From: an uncultured Gaiellaceae bacterium
GTDB taxonomy: Bacteria; Actinomycetota; Thermoleophilia; Gaiellales; Gaiellaceae
Assembly (NCBI GenBank): GCA_963794385.1
Contig: CAWCDT010000002.1
Location: forward strand, 160,596 to 224,595
Length of the DNA: 64,000 nt
Direction: 5' to 3'
The translations under genes and the position numbers were made by a program. The notes below the pieces were generated by a model that searched no databases, was not told where the DNA came from, and worked only from the letters and a program-made list of their open reading frames with translations. Within the stretch, counting starts at the first letter, position 1. Each line of letters opens with the position of its first letter. This document shows positions 1 to 8,905 of this stretch, one piece after another.

Positions 1-348
1 GATTCCGGCTCGGTGGCGTCGCCCTACCGCGAGACCGAAGCGATGCGCGACGGCTCCGACGCGATCGCCGACTGGCCGATCCTGAACGCGCTCCTGAACA
101 CGGCGGCAGGGGCGACCTGGGTCAGCGTCCATCACGGCGGCGGCGTCGGGATCGGGAACTCGATCCACGCCGGCATGGTCGTCCTCGCCGACGGCAGCGC
201 GGACGCGGCGGAGCGGCTCGAGCGCGTGCTCGCGACGGATCCCGGCACGGGCGTGATGCGGCACGCCGACGCGGGCTACGACGAGGCGCTCGACGCGGCG
301 CGCGAGCACGGGCTCGACCTGCCCGGCCTCGAGCAGTCCGGCACCTGA
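1..348 (+). CDS. hutU: urocanate hydratase, C-terminal fragment (gene starts upstream of the window)
   Basis: The frame of ORF 13..348 stays open to base 1. [23 protein letters not shown] and the following residues match the urocanase C-terminus. hutI follows 3 nt later. Confidence 0.9.
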   Translation, partial: DSGSVASPYRETEAMRDGSDAIADWPILNALLNTAAGATWVSVHHGGGVGIGNSIHAGMVVLADGSADAAERLERVLATDPGTGVMRHADAGYDEALDAAREHGLDLPGLEQSGT

Positions 349-351
349 CGC

Positions 352-1578
352 GTGTCGCGGCTGCTGATCCGGGACCTCGCGCAGGTCGTCTCGCCGGCGG
401 GGCGGGACGCGCCTCTCCGCGGGCCGGCGCTGCGTGAGCTCGACGTCGTCGAGCGGGGCTACGTGCTGTGCGAGGGCGGTGAGATCGCCGCGGTCGGCTC
501 GATGTCAGAGCTGGAGCCGCTCGACGGCGAGCTGGAGGAGCTCGACGGACGCGGGCTCTCCGCTGTTCCCGGCCTCGTCGACTGCCACACGCACCCTGCG
601 TTCGGCGGCGACCGGGTCGACGAGTTCTCGCTCCGCGCCGGGGGCGCGAGCTACGAGGAGCTGCATGCGGCCGGGGGCGGCATCCTCTCGACGGTGCGTG
701 CGACACGCGAGGCCGGCGCGGACGGTCTCGCTGCCGCCGTCGAGCGGCACCGCGACTGGATGCTGCGCGCCGGGACGACGACCTTCGAGGGGAAGTCGGG
801 CTACGGCCTCGATCGCGAGACCGAGCTGGCGTCGCTGCGGGCCGTCCGCGACGCAGGCGGGGTTCCGACGTGGCTCGGCGCGCACGCCACGCCGCCCGAG
901 TTCGACGACGCCGACGCGTATCTCGAGCACGCCCTGGAAGACGTCCTGCCCGCGGCGGCGAAGCTCGCCGAGGCGGCCGACGTCTTCCTCGAGCGCGGCG
1001 CGTTCGACGCCGACCAGGCGCGGCGCTACCTCACGGCGTGCGCTGCCCATGGCCTGACGCTCCGTCTCCACGGAGACCAGTTCACGGAAGCCGGCGCGAT
1101 TCCGATGGCGCTCGAGCTGGGCGCGCGTTCGGTCGACCATCTCGAGGCGACCGGGCCCGATGGGATCGCCGCGCTCGCCGCGAGCGACGTGACGGGCGTG
1201 CTGCTGCCGGCGAGCGCGCTGTTCCTCGGCAGGCCGATGCCGCCGGGACGTGCGCTCGTCGACGCGGGCGCCGCCGTCGCGCTCGCGACCGACTTCAACC
1301 CCGGCAGCGCCTTCTGCGAGAGCCTTCCCCTCGTGTGCTCCCTGGCGGCGACGCAGTTGCACCTGAGCCCGGCCGAGGCGCTTGCGGCCTGCACGGTCAA
1401 CGCCGCGCACGTGCTCGGTCGCGCCGAGCGGCTGGGGCGGATCGCTTCCGGCTACGCGGCCGACCTGACCCTGCTCGACGCTCCCGACTGGCGCTACCTC
1501 GCCTACCACCTCGGCGGCGATCTCGTCGCGGCGGTGATCAAGGACGGAGCGATCGCGTGGAGACGCACGGCATACTGA
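352..1578 (+). CDS. hutI: imidazolonepropionase
   Basis: 408-aa ORF with the amidohydrolase motif DCHTHPAFGGDR and the HGDQF and ATDFNPGS blocks. Adjacent to hutU. Confidence 0.93.
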   Translation: MSRLLIRDLAQVVSPAGRDAPLRGPALRELDVVERGYVLCEGGEIAAVGSMSELEPLDGELEELDGRGLSAVPGLVDCHTHPAFGGDRVDEFSLRAGGASYEELHAAGGGILSTVRATREAGADGLAAAVERHRDWMLRAGTTTFEGKSGYGLDRETELASLRAVRDAGGVPTWLGAHATPPEFDDADAYLEHALEDVLPAAAKLAEAADVFLERGAFDADQARRYLTACAAHGLTLRLHGDQFTEAGAIPMALELGARSVDHLEATGPDGIAALAASDVTGVLLPASALFLGRPMPPGRALVDAGAAVALATDFNPGSAFCESLPLVCSLAATQLHLSPAEALAACTVNAAHVLGRAERLGRIASGYAADLTLLDAPDWRYLAYHLGGDLVAAVIKDGAIAWRRTAY

Positions 1579-1582
1579 GCGC

Positions 1583-1993
1583 GTGGCAACCAAGAAGCAA
1601 CAGCGGCGGCGGGAGAAGCAGAAGCGGCACGAGTACGAGGAGGTCTACGTCGACGACGAGGGCCGCGAGCTCGACCCCGAAGAAGCCGAGCAGCTCGTCG
1701 GGGAGCAGCCCGCCCGGAAGACGAAGGCGACCAGGTCAGAGCCTGCGCAGCGCGGCGGCCGGACGGTCGATCCTCCCTCTTGGCGGCGGACTCTCCGCCG
1801 CGGCGCCATCTTCTTCCCGCTGATGCTGCTGACCGTGATGCTGCTCGGCCGGGACCTGTCGCTCGCGGCGCAGATCGGGCAGACGGTCGTGCTGATGGCC
1901 TTTTTCTTGCCGTTCAGCTACTTCATGGATTCGATGGTCTGGCGCTCCTACCAGCGCCGGCTCGCGAAGCAGGCGGACGCGAAGAGGCGCTAA
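1583..1993 (+). CDS. hypothetical membrane protein with a basic/acidic N-terminal tail and two predicted TM helices
   Basis: 136-aa ORF with high GC3. Hydrophobic stretches IFFPLMLLTVMLLG and VVLMAFFLPFSYF. No family recognised. Confidence 0.55.
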   Translation: MATKKQQRRREKQKRHEYEEVYVDDEGRELDPEEAEQLVGEQPARKTKATRSEPAQRGGRTVDPPSWRRTLRRGAIFFPLMLLTVMLLGRDLSLAAQIGQTVVLMAFFLPFSYFMDSMVWRSYQRRLAKQADAKRR

Positions 1994-2153
1994 GAACTCA
2001 CTTCAGAACAAGCCTTGTGTCGCCAGGCCGCCCCGGGCGGCACGATCGCCGCGTCCTCAGTCGCCCAGATAGCACCACTATCGGGGCTCCCTGCGTCCTT
2101 GCGCTCGCACCACCCGGAGCACCCTGTCGACGAAGCTCGTCCTGAAACGAGTT

Positions 2154-2504
2154 CTAACCGGTCTGTTCAGGCCGGACGCTGCCGCGGTAGTGGCCGTCGC
2201 CGGGCCACGGCGCGAGCAGGAGCAGAATTCGTGCGCCCTGCTCGCTTCCGAGCGAGTGCCGCTCGTCGGGGTCGAAGCGGAACAGCATTCCCGGTGTCGC
2301 GTCGACCGTCTCCCCGCCGGCCGCGATCTGCACGTTGCCCTCGAGCACCGTCACCCAGGCGTTCTCCTTCACCTGGTGGTCGCCCATCACCTGTCCCGGA
2401 TTGAGCACGATCAGCACGGCGCGGGCCTCGTTTCCAGAGTGGACGACGAGCGGATCTCTCGTGCCGGCCGGTGCAGCGACCTCCATCAGGTTCCAGGTCT
2501 GCAC
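2154..2504 (-). CDS. cupin domain protein
   Basis: 116-aa ORF with a cupin-like core (GDHQVKENAWVTVLEGNVQIAAGGE). Confidence 0.7.
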   Translation of the reverse strand: MQTWNLMEVAAPAGTRDPLVVHSGNEARAVLIVLNPGQVMGDHQVKENAWVTVLEGNVQIAAGGETVDATPGMLFRFDPDERHSLGSEQGARILLLLAPWPGDGHYRGSVRPEQTG

Positions 2505-2530
2505 AGGGCCAAGGATAGACTCATCCGCCC

Positions 2531-3166
2531 ATGGCGCTCGCGGTTGACACCCTCTCGCTCGGCCAGATCGGGACGAACTGCTACCTCGGGCGCCTCGACC
2601 GGTCGTCGCCCGACGCCGTCGTGATCGATCCGGGCGCCGACGCTGCCGAGATCCGGCTGACGCTGGCTCGCTCCGGGGCGAGCTGCGCCGCGATTCTGCT
2701 CACCCACAGTCACTACGACCACTTCGGCGCGCTCACCGAGCTCGCGGAGGGAACCGGTGCGCCCGTCTGGCTCCCGGAGCTCGAGCGCGACGTGTTTCGC
2801 CGGCCGGGCGACTTCTACCCGGGCCTTCCGATCACGCCGTTCGAGGGCGAAGCGACGTTGCTCGCGGGCGGCGAGACGGTCGAGGCCGGCGGCATCTCGT
2901 ACCAGGTTCGTCACGTCCCCGGTCACTCGCCGGGCCACCTGTCGTACTACGCGGACGGCTGCCTCTTCTCGGGAGATGTGCTCTTCGCAGGCTCGGTGGG
3001 GCGCACCGATCTCCCCTTCGGGGACTGGGACACGCTGCTCGAGTCAATTCGCGGGCTGGCCGACGCGTATCCTCCGGAGACGACGGTGTACCCGGGGCAC
3101 GGCCCCGCCACGACGCTCGGCGCCGAGCTCGCTCGGAACCCGTTCCTCGCCGAGCTGCGGACGTGA
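2531..3166 (+). CDS. MBL-fold metallo-hydrolase (glyoxalase II-like)
   Basis: THSHYDH metal motif, HVPGHSPGH, and FSGDVLFAGSVGRTD. 211 aa. Confidence 0.85.
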   Translation: MALAVDTLSLGQIGTNCYLGRLDRSSPDAVVIDPGADAAEIRLTLARSGASCAAILLTHSHYDHFGALTELAEGTGAPVWLPELERDVFRRPGDFYPGLPITPFEGEATLLAGGETVEAGGISYQVRHVPGHSPGHLSYYADGCLFSGDVLFAGSVGRTDLPFGDWDTLLESIRGLADAYPPETTVYPGHGPATTLGAELARNPFLAELRT

Positions 3167-4416
3167 AGATCGAGCGGCCGAGGGGAACGCACGACGTTAC
3201 TCCCTCCGAGCAGCCGCTCTGGCGACGGGTGACGGGGGAGATGGAGCGAATCTGCGGCCTCTACGGCTATCGCCCCATCCAGACGCCGGTGTTCGAGGAC
3301 ACCGAGCTCTTCGCGCGCACGTCGGGCGCCGGCTCGGACGTCGTCCAGAAGGAGATGTACACGTTCACCGACCGTTCCGACCGCTCGCTGACCCTGCGGC
3401 CCGAGGGCACGGCCCCAATCTGCCGCGCGTATATCGAGCACGGCCTTCACCGTGAGCCGCAGCCGCAGAAGCTCTACACGATCGGGTCGATGTACCGCTA
3501 CGGCGCCCCTGGGCGCGGCCGCTACCGCGAGCACTGGCAGCTCTCGGTCGAGGCGCTCGGCTCCGACGATCCCACCCTCGACGCCGAGATCATCCAGCTC
3601 TACGACACGCTGCTGCGCCGGCTCGGGATCACGAAGTACCGGCTCGAGCTGAACTCGATCGGCTGCCGCGAGTGCCGGCCGCCGTACATCGAGAAGCTCG
3701 GCGCCTGGCTCGCCGAGCACGACGCCGAGCTCGACGAGGCGACGCGCGAGAAGGCGGGGACGAGCCCGCTGCGGGCGCTCGACAACCTGGCCGCGAAGCC
3801 GCCAGCGGTGCGCGAGTTGCTCGAGCAGGCGCCGACGATCGGAGACTCCCTCTGCCAGGCCTGCGTCGACCACTTCGCGGCTGTCCGCGCCGACCTCGAC
3901 GCGACCGGCGTCCGCTATGAGCTCGTGCCGACGCTCGTCCGCGGGCTCGATTACTACTCGCGCACGACCTGGGAGTTCGTCGGGCCGATGGCGAACGAGA
4001 ACGCGGTCATCTCGGGCGGCGGCCGCTACGACTACCTGATCGAAGAGATCGGCGGGCCGCCGACCCCCGGAGTGGGGTTCGGCGCCGGGGTCGAGCGGCT
4101 CCTGCTCGCGCTCGAGGAGGAAGGCGAGGGTGCCGTTACCGCCGAGCGTCCGGCGGTCGACGTCTTCATCGCAGTCGAGCCCGATGGGCCGCGCGAGCTC
4201 GTGGCGCCGCTCCTCGCCAACCTCCGCGGGCGCGGCGTCGCGGCAGACACCGACTATGCGGGGCGCTCGCTGAAGGGTCAGCTGACGCAGGCCGGCCGCT
4301 CGGGCGCGACCACGACGGTCGTGATCCGCGCGGACGATGCGATCGTGCGCCGCGCGGGCGAGCAAGACGAACCGGTCGGGCACGCCGATCTTCCCGGCAG
4401 ACTGTCACGCAGTTAG
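3163..4416 (+). CDS. hisS: histidine--tRNA ligase
   Basis: 417 aa. The GTG start overlaps the upstream stop (GTGA). Class II aaRS motifs: RGTHD, LRPEGTAPICRAY, YRYGAPGRGRYREHWQ, GGGRYD. Confidence 0.95.
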   Translation: MKIERPRGTHDVTPSEQPLWRRVTGEMERICGLYGYRPIQTPVFEDTELFARTSGAGSDVVQKEMYTFTDRSDRSLTLRPEGTAPICRAYIEHGLHREPQPQKLYTIGSMYRYGAPGRGRYREHWQLSVEALGSDDPTLDAEIIQLYDTLLRRLGITKYRLELNSIGCRECRPPYIEKLGAWLAEHDAELDEATREKAGTSPLRALDNLAAKPPAVRELLEQAPTIGDSLCQACVDHFAAVRADLDATGVRYELVPTLVRGLDYYSRTTWEFVGPMANENAVISGGGRYDYLIEEIGGPPTPGVGFGAGVERLLLALEEEGEGAVTAERPAVDVFIAVEPDGPRELVAPLLANLRGRGVAADTDYAGRSLKGQLTQAGRSGATTTVVIRADDAIVRRAGEQDEPVGHADLPGRLSRS

Positions 4417-6168
4417 ATGAGCACGGTGACTTGGCGCACGCACATGTGCGGCGAGCCGACGAAGGAGCTCGCCGGGGAGAAGCTGACCCTGGCCGGCTGG
4501 GTCGCGCGGCGCCGCGACCACGGCGGGCTCGTGTTCGTCGACCTGCGCGATCGGAGCGGGATGACGCAGCTCGTGATCAACCCGGAGCTGGCGCCCGAGG
4601 CGGCGGAGCTCGCGTCGCAGCTCCGGAACGAGTTCGTGCTCCGGGCCGAGGGGACGCTCGTCGCCCGGAGCCCAGAGACCGTCAATCCGAACATGCCGAC
4701 GGGCGAGGTCGAGCTCCAGGTCGAGACGCTGCAGATCGTGAGCCGCTCGACGCCGCTGCCGTTCCAGCTCGACGAGGAGAACGTCGACGAGACGCTGCGC
4801 CTCCGCTACCGGTGGCTCGACCTGCGCCGCGAGAAGCTGCAGCGGAACATCACCCTGCGCGCGCAGATGGTCGGGATCATCCGCCGCGAGATGGAGACGG
4901 CCGGCTTCCTCGACATCCAGACGCCGATCCTCTTCAAGCCGACACCCGAGGGCGCCCGCGACTTCGTCGTCCCCGCACGGCTCCAACGGGGCCGCTTCTA
5001 CGCGCTCCCGCAGAGCCCGCAGATCCTGAAGCAGCTGACGATGGTCGCCGGCTTCGACCGCTACTACCAGATCGCGATCTGCTTCCGGGACGAGGACCTC
5101 CGCGCCGACCGCGTGCAGGAGATCACCCAGCTCGACGTGGAGATGAGCTTCCCCGACCAGGAGTTCCTCTACGACGTGATGGAGCGGATGTACGCGCGGA
5201 TCTGGCAGGAGTGCCTCGGGATCGAGATCGAGACGCCGTTCCCCCGCATGACCTTCGCGGAGGCCGACCGCCGGTTCGGCACCGACAAGCCGGACACGCG
5301 CTTCGGGCTCGAGCTCGAGGACGCGACCGAGGTGACGCGCAGCTCCCAATTCGGTGTCTTCGCGGGCGCTGAGGCGGTGCGCTTCCTGCGGGTGCCGCAG
5401 GAGCTCTCGCGGACCGACCTTGCCCGGCTGGAGGAGGTCGCGAAGGAGTGGGGCGCGAAGGGGCTCGCCTACCTCGTTTACGACGAGGAGGGAGAGGTGC
5501 GCTCGCCGATCGCGAAGTTCCTCTCCGAGGAGGAGCTGGCCGTCTTCCGCGGCGACCCGGCTTCCACCGTCCTGTTCGCAGCCGACACGTGGGAGGCGAC
5601 CTCACGCGTGCTCGGCGCGCTGCGCTCCCAGCTCGGCAGCGAGCTGGGCCTGATCGACGAGGACGCGTTCACGTTCCTCTGGGTCTCGGATTTCCCGATG
5701 TTCGAGCGAGACGAAGAGGAGGGTCGCTGGACGGCCGTGCACCACCCGTTCACGCGCCCGACGAAGGAGTGGGAGGAGCGGTTCCACGAGGACCCCGAGC
5801 ACGCGCTTGCGCATACGTACGACCTGATCGTGAACGGGAACGAGCTCGGCGGCGGCTCGTTCAGGATCCACGAGCCGGAGGTCCAGGCGAAGGTGTTCGA
5901 CCTGCTCGGCCTCGGCGAGGCGGAGCAGCGCTCCAAGTTCGGCTTCCTGCTCGACGCGCTCGCGATGGGGGCGCCGCCCATGGGCGGAATCGCGCTCGGC
6001 ATCGACCGGATGACGATGGTGCTCGCGGGCGAGCCGAACCTGCGCGACGTGATCGCCTTTCCGAAGAACCAGGCCGGAATGGACCCGATGAGCGGGGCGC
6101 CCTCGGACGTCAGCAAGGAGCAGCTCGAGGAGCTCGGGGTCGCGCTGCTCGAGCAGCCGACCTCATGA
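4417..6168 (+). CDS. aspS: aspartate--tRNA ligase
   Basis: 583 aa. OB-fold N-terminus (GWVARRRDHGGLVFVDLRD), QSPQILKQL, FRDEDLRADR, and GGIALGIDR at the C-terminus. Confidence 0.95.
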   Translation: MSTVTWRTHMCGEPTKELAGEKLTLAGWVARRRDHGGLVFVDLRDRSGMTQLVINPELAPEAAELASQLRNEFVLRAEGTLVARSPETVNPNMPTGEVELQVETLQIVSRSTPLPFQLDEENVDETLRLRYRWLDLRREKLQRNITLRAQMVGIIRREMETAGFLDIQTPILFKPTPEGARDFVVPARLQRGRFYALPQSPQILKQLTMVAGFDRYYQIAICFRDEDLRADRVQEITQLDVEMSFPDQEFLYDVMERMYARIWQECLGIEIETPFPRMTFAEADRRFGTDKPDTRFGLELEDATEVTRSSQFGVFAGAEAVRFLRVPQELSRTDLARLEEVAKEWGAKGLAYLVYDEEGEVRSPIAKFLSEEELAVFRGDPASTVLFAADTWEATSRVLGALRSQLGSELGLIDEDAFTFLWVSDFPMFERDEEEGRWTAVHHPFTRPTKEWEERFHEDPEHALAHTYDLIVNGNELGGGSFRIHEPEVQAKVFDLLGLGEAEQRSKFGFLLDALAMGAPPMGGIALGIDRMTMVLAGEPNLRDVIAFPKNQAGMDPMSGAPSDVSKEQLEELGVALLEQPTS

Positions 6169-6590
6169 GCCTCTCGACCCTTCAGCGGACGATCATCCTC
6201 GCGGCAGTCGCGCTGGTCGCGGGTCTGGGCGCCGTCGCGCTCGCAGCCCGTCAGGACGAGGACGCCGAGCGCGCGGGCGAGGCCCAGCCGGTCACGGTCC
6301 CGGAGACGGGCTGGTACACGGCGCTCGCGGGCTCGCGCGGCGCGCCGCGCGACGCCGAGCGGACCACGTGCCGCCGCATCCTCACGAGCCGCTCGCTCGG
6401 GGTCAGCCACCCGGTGCTCCCCTGCGGCGCGAAGGTCTTCATCTCGTTCCAGGGCACCGACGTGCTCACCGAGGTGATCGACCAGCGGATGAAGCGGCCG
6501 GGTCGCCAGTTCGAGCTGACCGAGTCGCTCGCCCAGCGCCTCGGGATCGAGGGGACGCAGCAGATCCGCTGGCGCTTCGCGACGCGCTGA
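6165..6590 (+). CDS. RlpA-like double-psi beta-barrel protein with an N-terminal TM anchor
   Basis: The ATG at 6165 overlaps the aspS stop (ATGA). 141 aa. TM segment followed by LPCGAKVFISFQGTDVLTEVIDQRMKRPGRQFELTESLAQRLG, typical of the RlpA/DPBB fold. Confidence 0.65.
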   Translation: MSLSTLQRTIILAAVALVAGLGAVALAARQDEDAERAGEAQPVTVPETGWYTALAGSRGAPRDAERTTCRRILTSRSLGVSHPVLPCGAKVFISFQGTDVLTEVIDQRMKRPGRQFELTESLAQRLGIEGTQQIRWRFATR

Positions 6591-6774
6591 GATAGCGCCC
6601 CACCCTGCCGATGTTCCTTGCGCCGATGCGAACCTGGCTAACCAGGTGGGTACCGTGCCGACTCAAGGCCGGACGCCGGTTCCCTTTTACGTGACGTTGG
6701 TTCACGTTTACGCGCAAGGCCACGCACAGGGTCGAGCGGGGAGAGTCTACCGAGCCGCCGCTAGGCTGGACCAC

Positions 6775-8037
6775 ATGCTCGAGGTGCTCGGAGACTCCGC
6801 ACGCAGCGACGAGCTCGCGTTCGTGCGGCTCACGGTCGACGGCGACCGGATCGTCGCCGCCGACGCGCCCGGCCTCGAGCGCCCGCTCGACGGGCTGACG
6901 CTGCTCGAGGCCGCCGCCGTCCCGGGTGAGACCCTTGCCGCCGACGCGCTCGCGAATGCGCTCGGCCTGGTCTTCCGTGCCGAGCCCGACCCGGGCCGGA
7001 TCGCGGTCGCGATGAGCGGCGGCGTCGACAGCGCGGTCGCACTGCTGCGGGCGGGGCCGAAGGCGATTGGGGTCACGCTGCGGCTCTGGCTCGACCCTGC
7101 CGGGCCGGACGCCGAGCGCGCCTGCTGCTCCCCGGAGGCGGTGATCGCCGCGCGGGAGACCTGCCACGCGCTCGGCATCCCGCACGTCACGCTCGACCTG
7201 CGCGAGGAGTTTCGGGCCGCCGTCGTCGAGCCGTTCGTGCAGGCGTACGCCCGTGGCGAGACGCCGAACCCGTGCGGGCGCTGCAACGGCAGCTTCCGCT
7301 TCGACGAGCTCGTCGCCTTCACGGACCGTGCCGGTGCAGCGACTCTCTGGACCGGTCATTACGCACGGGTCGTCGAGCGCGACGGGCGCCGCCTGCTCGC
7401 GCGGGGCGCGGACCCGGACAAGGACCAGTCGTACATGCTCGCGCCGCTCGACCCCGCCGTCCTCGATCGGGTCGAGTTCCCACTGGGCGGGCAGACGAAG
7501 GCGCAGACGCGGGCCGAGGCGGCCGCCGCGGGTCTCGAGGTCGCCGAGCGCCGCGAGAGCCAGGAAGCGTGCTTCCTCGCCGGCGACGACTATCGCGCCT
7601 TCCTCGAGCGGCAGGGCCTCGAGCGCACCGAGGGAGCGATCGTCGACGAGCAGGGCCGAGAGCTCGGCCGCCACGACGGTGTGTGGCGCTTCACTCCGGG
7701 CCAGCGCCGCGGCATCGGCGTCGCCGCGCCCGAGCCGCTCTACGCGCTTCGCACCGACCGGGCCTCGAACACGCTCGTCGTCGGCCCGCGTGGGTCGCTC
7801 GCCTGCACGGAGGTCGACGTTCGCGGCTCGCTCCACGTCCCGGTCGACCGAGCCGCGGCGAAGCTCCGCTACCGCTCCGAGCCGGCGCCGGCTCGCGTCG
7901 TCGCGCACGACGGCGGCTTCGCGCTCACGCTCGAGCGTCCGGCTTTCGGCGTCGCGCCCGGCCAGATCGCGGCTCTCTACGATGATGCGGGCGCTGTTGT
8001 GGGTTGTGGCGTCGTGTCGTCCGCGGGCGGTCACTAG
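6775..8037 (+). CDS. mnmA: tRNA 2-thiouridine(34) synthase MnmA with a roughly 70-aa N-terminal extension
   Basis: PP-loop AVAMSGGVDSAVA, CCSPE, NPCGRCN, DQSYML. I chose the ATG at 6775. The upstream part of ORF 6646..8037 has non-coding character. Confidence 0.88.
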   Translation: MLEVLGDSARSDELAFVRLTVDGDRIVAADAPGLERPLDGLTLLEAAAVPGETLAADALANALGLVFRAEPDPGRIAVAMSGGVDSAVALLRAGPKAIGVTLRLWLDPAGPDAERACCSPEAVIAARETCHALGIPHVTLDLREEFRAAVVEPFVQAYARGETPNPCGRCNGSFRFDELVAFTDRAGAATLWTGHYARVVERDGRRLLARGADPDKDQSYMLAPLDPAVLDRVEFPLGGQTKAQTRAEAAAAGLEVAERRESQEACFLAGDDYRAFLERQGLERTEGAIVDEQGRELGRHDGVWRFTPGQRRGIGVAAPEPLYALRTDRASNTLVVGPRGSLACTEVDVRGSLHVPVDRAAAKLRYRSEPAPARVVAHDGGFALTLERPAFGVAPGQIAALYDDAGAVVGCGVVSSAGGH

Positions 8038-8046
8038 GATCCCTGC

Positions 8047-8676
8047 GTGCACCTCCTTGCTGTCAGCGCTGGCGACGTCGCCGATTACGCCCTCGCGGTG
8101 TTCCTCGTGGCCACGGGGCTCTCCCTCGCGTACGCATTCGTGCGCCTGGGCGGAACCTTCGGCCGCCTTTCCTCGTTCATCAGAGGAACGGAAGTCGAGC
8201 TGCTTCCGGTCATCCACAAGGTCGGCGAGAGCGTCGACGGGGTGAACGCGCAGCTGACGAAGGTGGACCAGGTGACAGACAGCGCAGTGGACATGGCCGA
8301 CTCCGCCGACACCGCCGTTCGCGCGGTGAGCATGGCGATCGTGCGCCCCGTGCAGAAGGTGACTGGCCTCGCTGCCGGCCTCACGCACGGCGCGTCGGCG
8401 CTGCGCACCCAGCGCAGCTGGAGCGAGGCAGTCCAGACGGGCAAGGAGGCGGCAGCCAGGCGGGAGCGCGACCTCGAAGAGGAGCTCCGCACCGCCGGCC
8501 GCGACGCTGCCGTAGATGGACGAGTTCACGATCACGGTCCCGCCGGAGCGACAGTACGCCGCCGTTCCCGGCCTCGTCCTCGGCGGCATCGCGGCGCGGC
8601 ACGAGCTCACGCTCGACGCGCTCGACGACCTGCAGCTCGCGCTCGAGTCGCTGCTCGCCGGCGCGGACGACGGTGA
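8047..8676 (+). CDS. DUF948-like membrane-anchored coiled-coil protein; the 3' end is uncertain
   Basis: N-terminal TM helix followed by repeats of the type VDGVNAQLTKVDQVTDSAVDMADSADTAVRAV. The last roughly 55 codons are Arg-rich and overlap the next gene by 161 nt. Confidence 0.55.
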   Translation: MHLLAVSAGDVADYALAVFLVATGLSLAYAFVRLGGTFGRLSSFIRGTEVELLPVIHKVGESVDGVNAQLTKVDQVTDSAVDMADSADTAVRAVSMAIVRPVQKVTGLAAGLTHGASALRTQRSWSEAVQTGKEAAARRERDLEEELRTAGRDAAVDGRVHDHGPAGATVRRRSRPRPRRHRGAARAHARRARRPAARARVAARRRGRR

Positions 8677-8905
8677 CGACGTCACGATCGTCTTGCAGGT
8701 GGACGGCGGCACCATCTCGGCCGAGGTCGGGCCGCTGGCGGCGGCCACGGCCGGCGAGCTGGAGCGTGAGGCCGACGAGACCCTGGGCCTGCGCCGGCTC
8801 CTCGACGCCGTCGTCGACGGCATGACGCTGCGCGAGCGGGACGGCGCGACCTGGGTCGAGCTACGCAAGGAGTTCGAGCTCGAAGGGACCGAGGCGGGCC
8901 GATGA
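8516..8905 (+). CDS. putative anti-sigma factor (RsbW/SpoIIAB-like fold, ATPase motifs not recognisable)
   Basis: 129 aa, translationally coupled (ATGA) to the sigma factor gene. The layout resembles small HATPase anti-sigma factors, but the N-box and G-boxes are absent. Confidence 0.45.
   Translation: MDEFTITVPPERQYAAVPGLVLGGIAARHELTLDALDDLQLALESLLAGADDGDDVTIVLQVDGGTISAEVGPLAAATAGELEREADETLGLRRLLDAVVDGMTLRERDGATWVELRKEFELEGTEAGR

Noticed and set aside
1991-2157. A 9-nt inverted repeat, TAAGAACTC ... GAGTTCTAA (8/9 match), includes the stops of the convergent genes at 1993 and 2154. A small GC hairpin lies between them at 2027-2041 (GCCGCCC-C-GGGCGGC).
   Set aside because: The repeat is short and imperfect. 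The central hairpin has effectively a 5-bp stem. This is plausibly an ordinary terminator region, and there is no second copy in the window.
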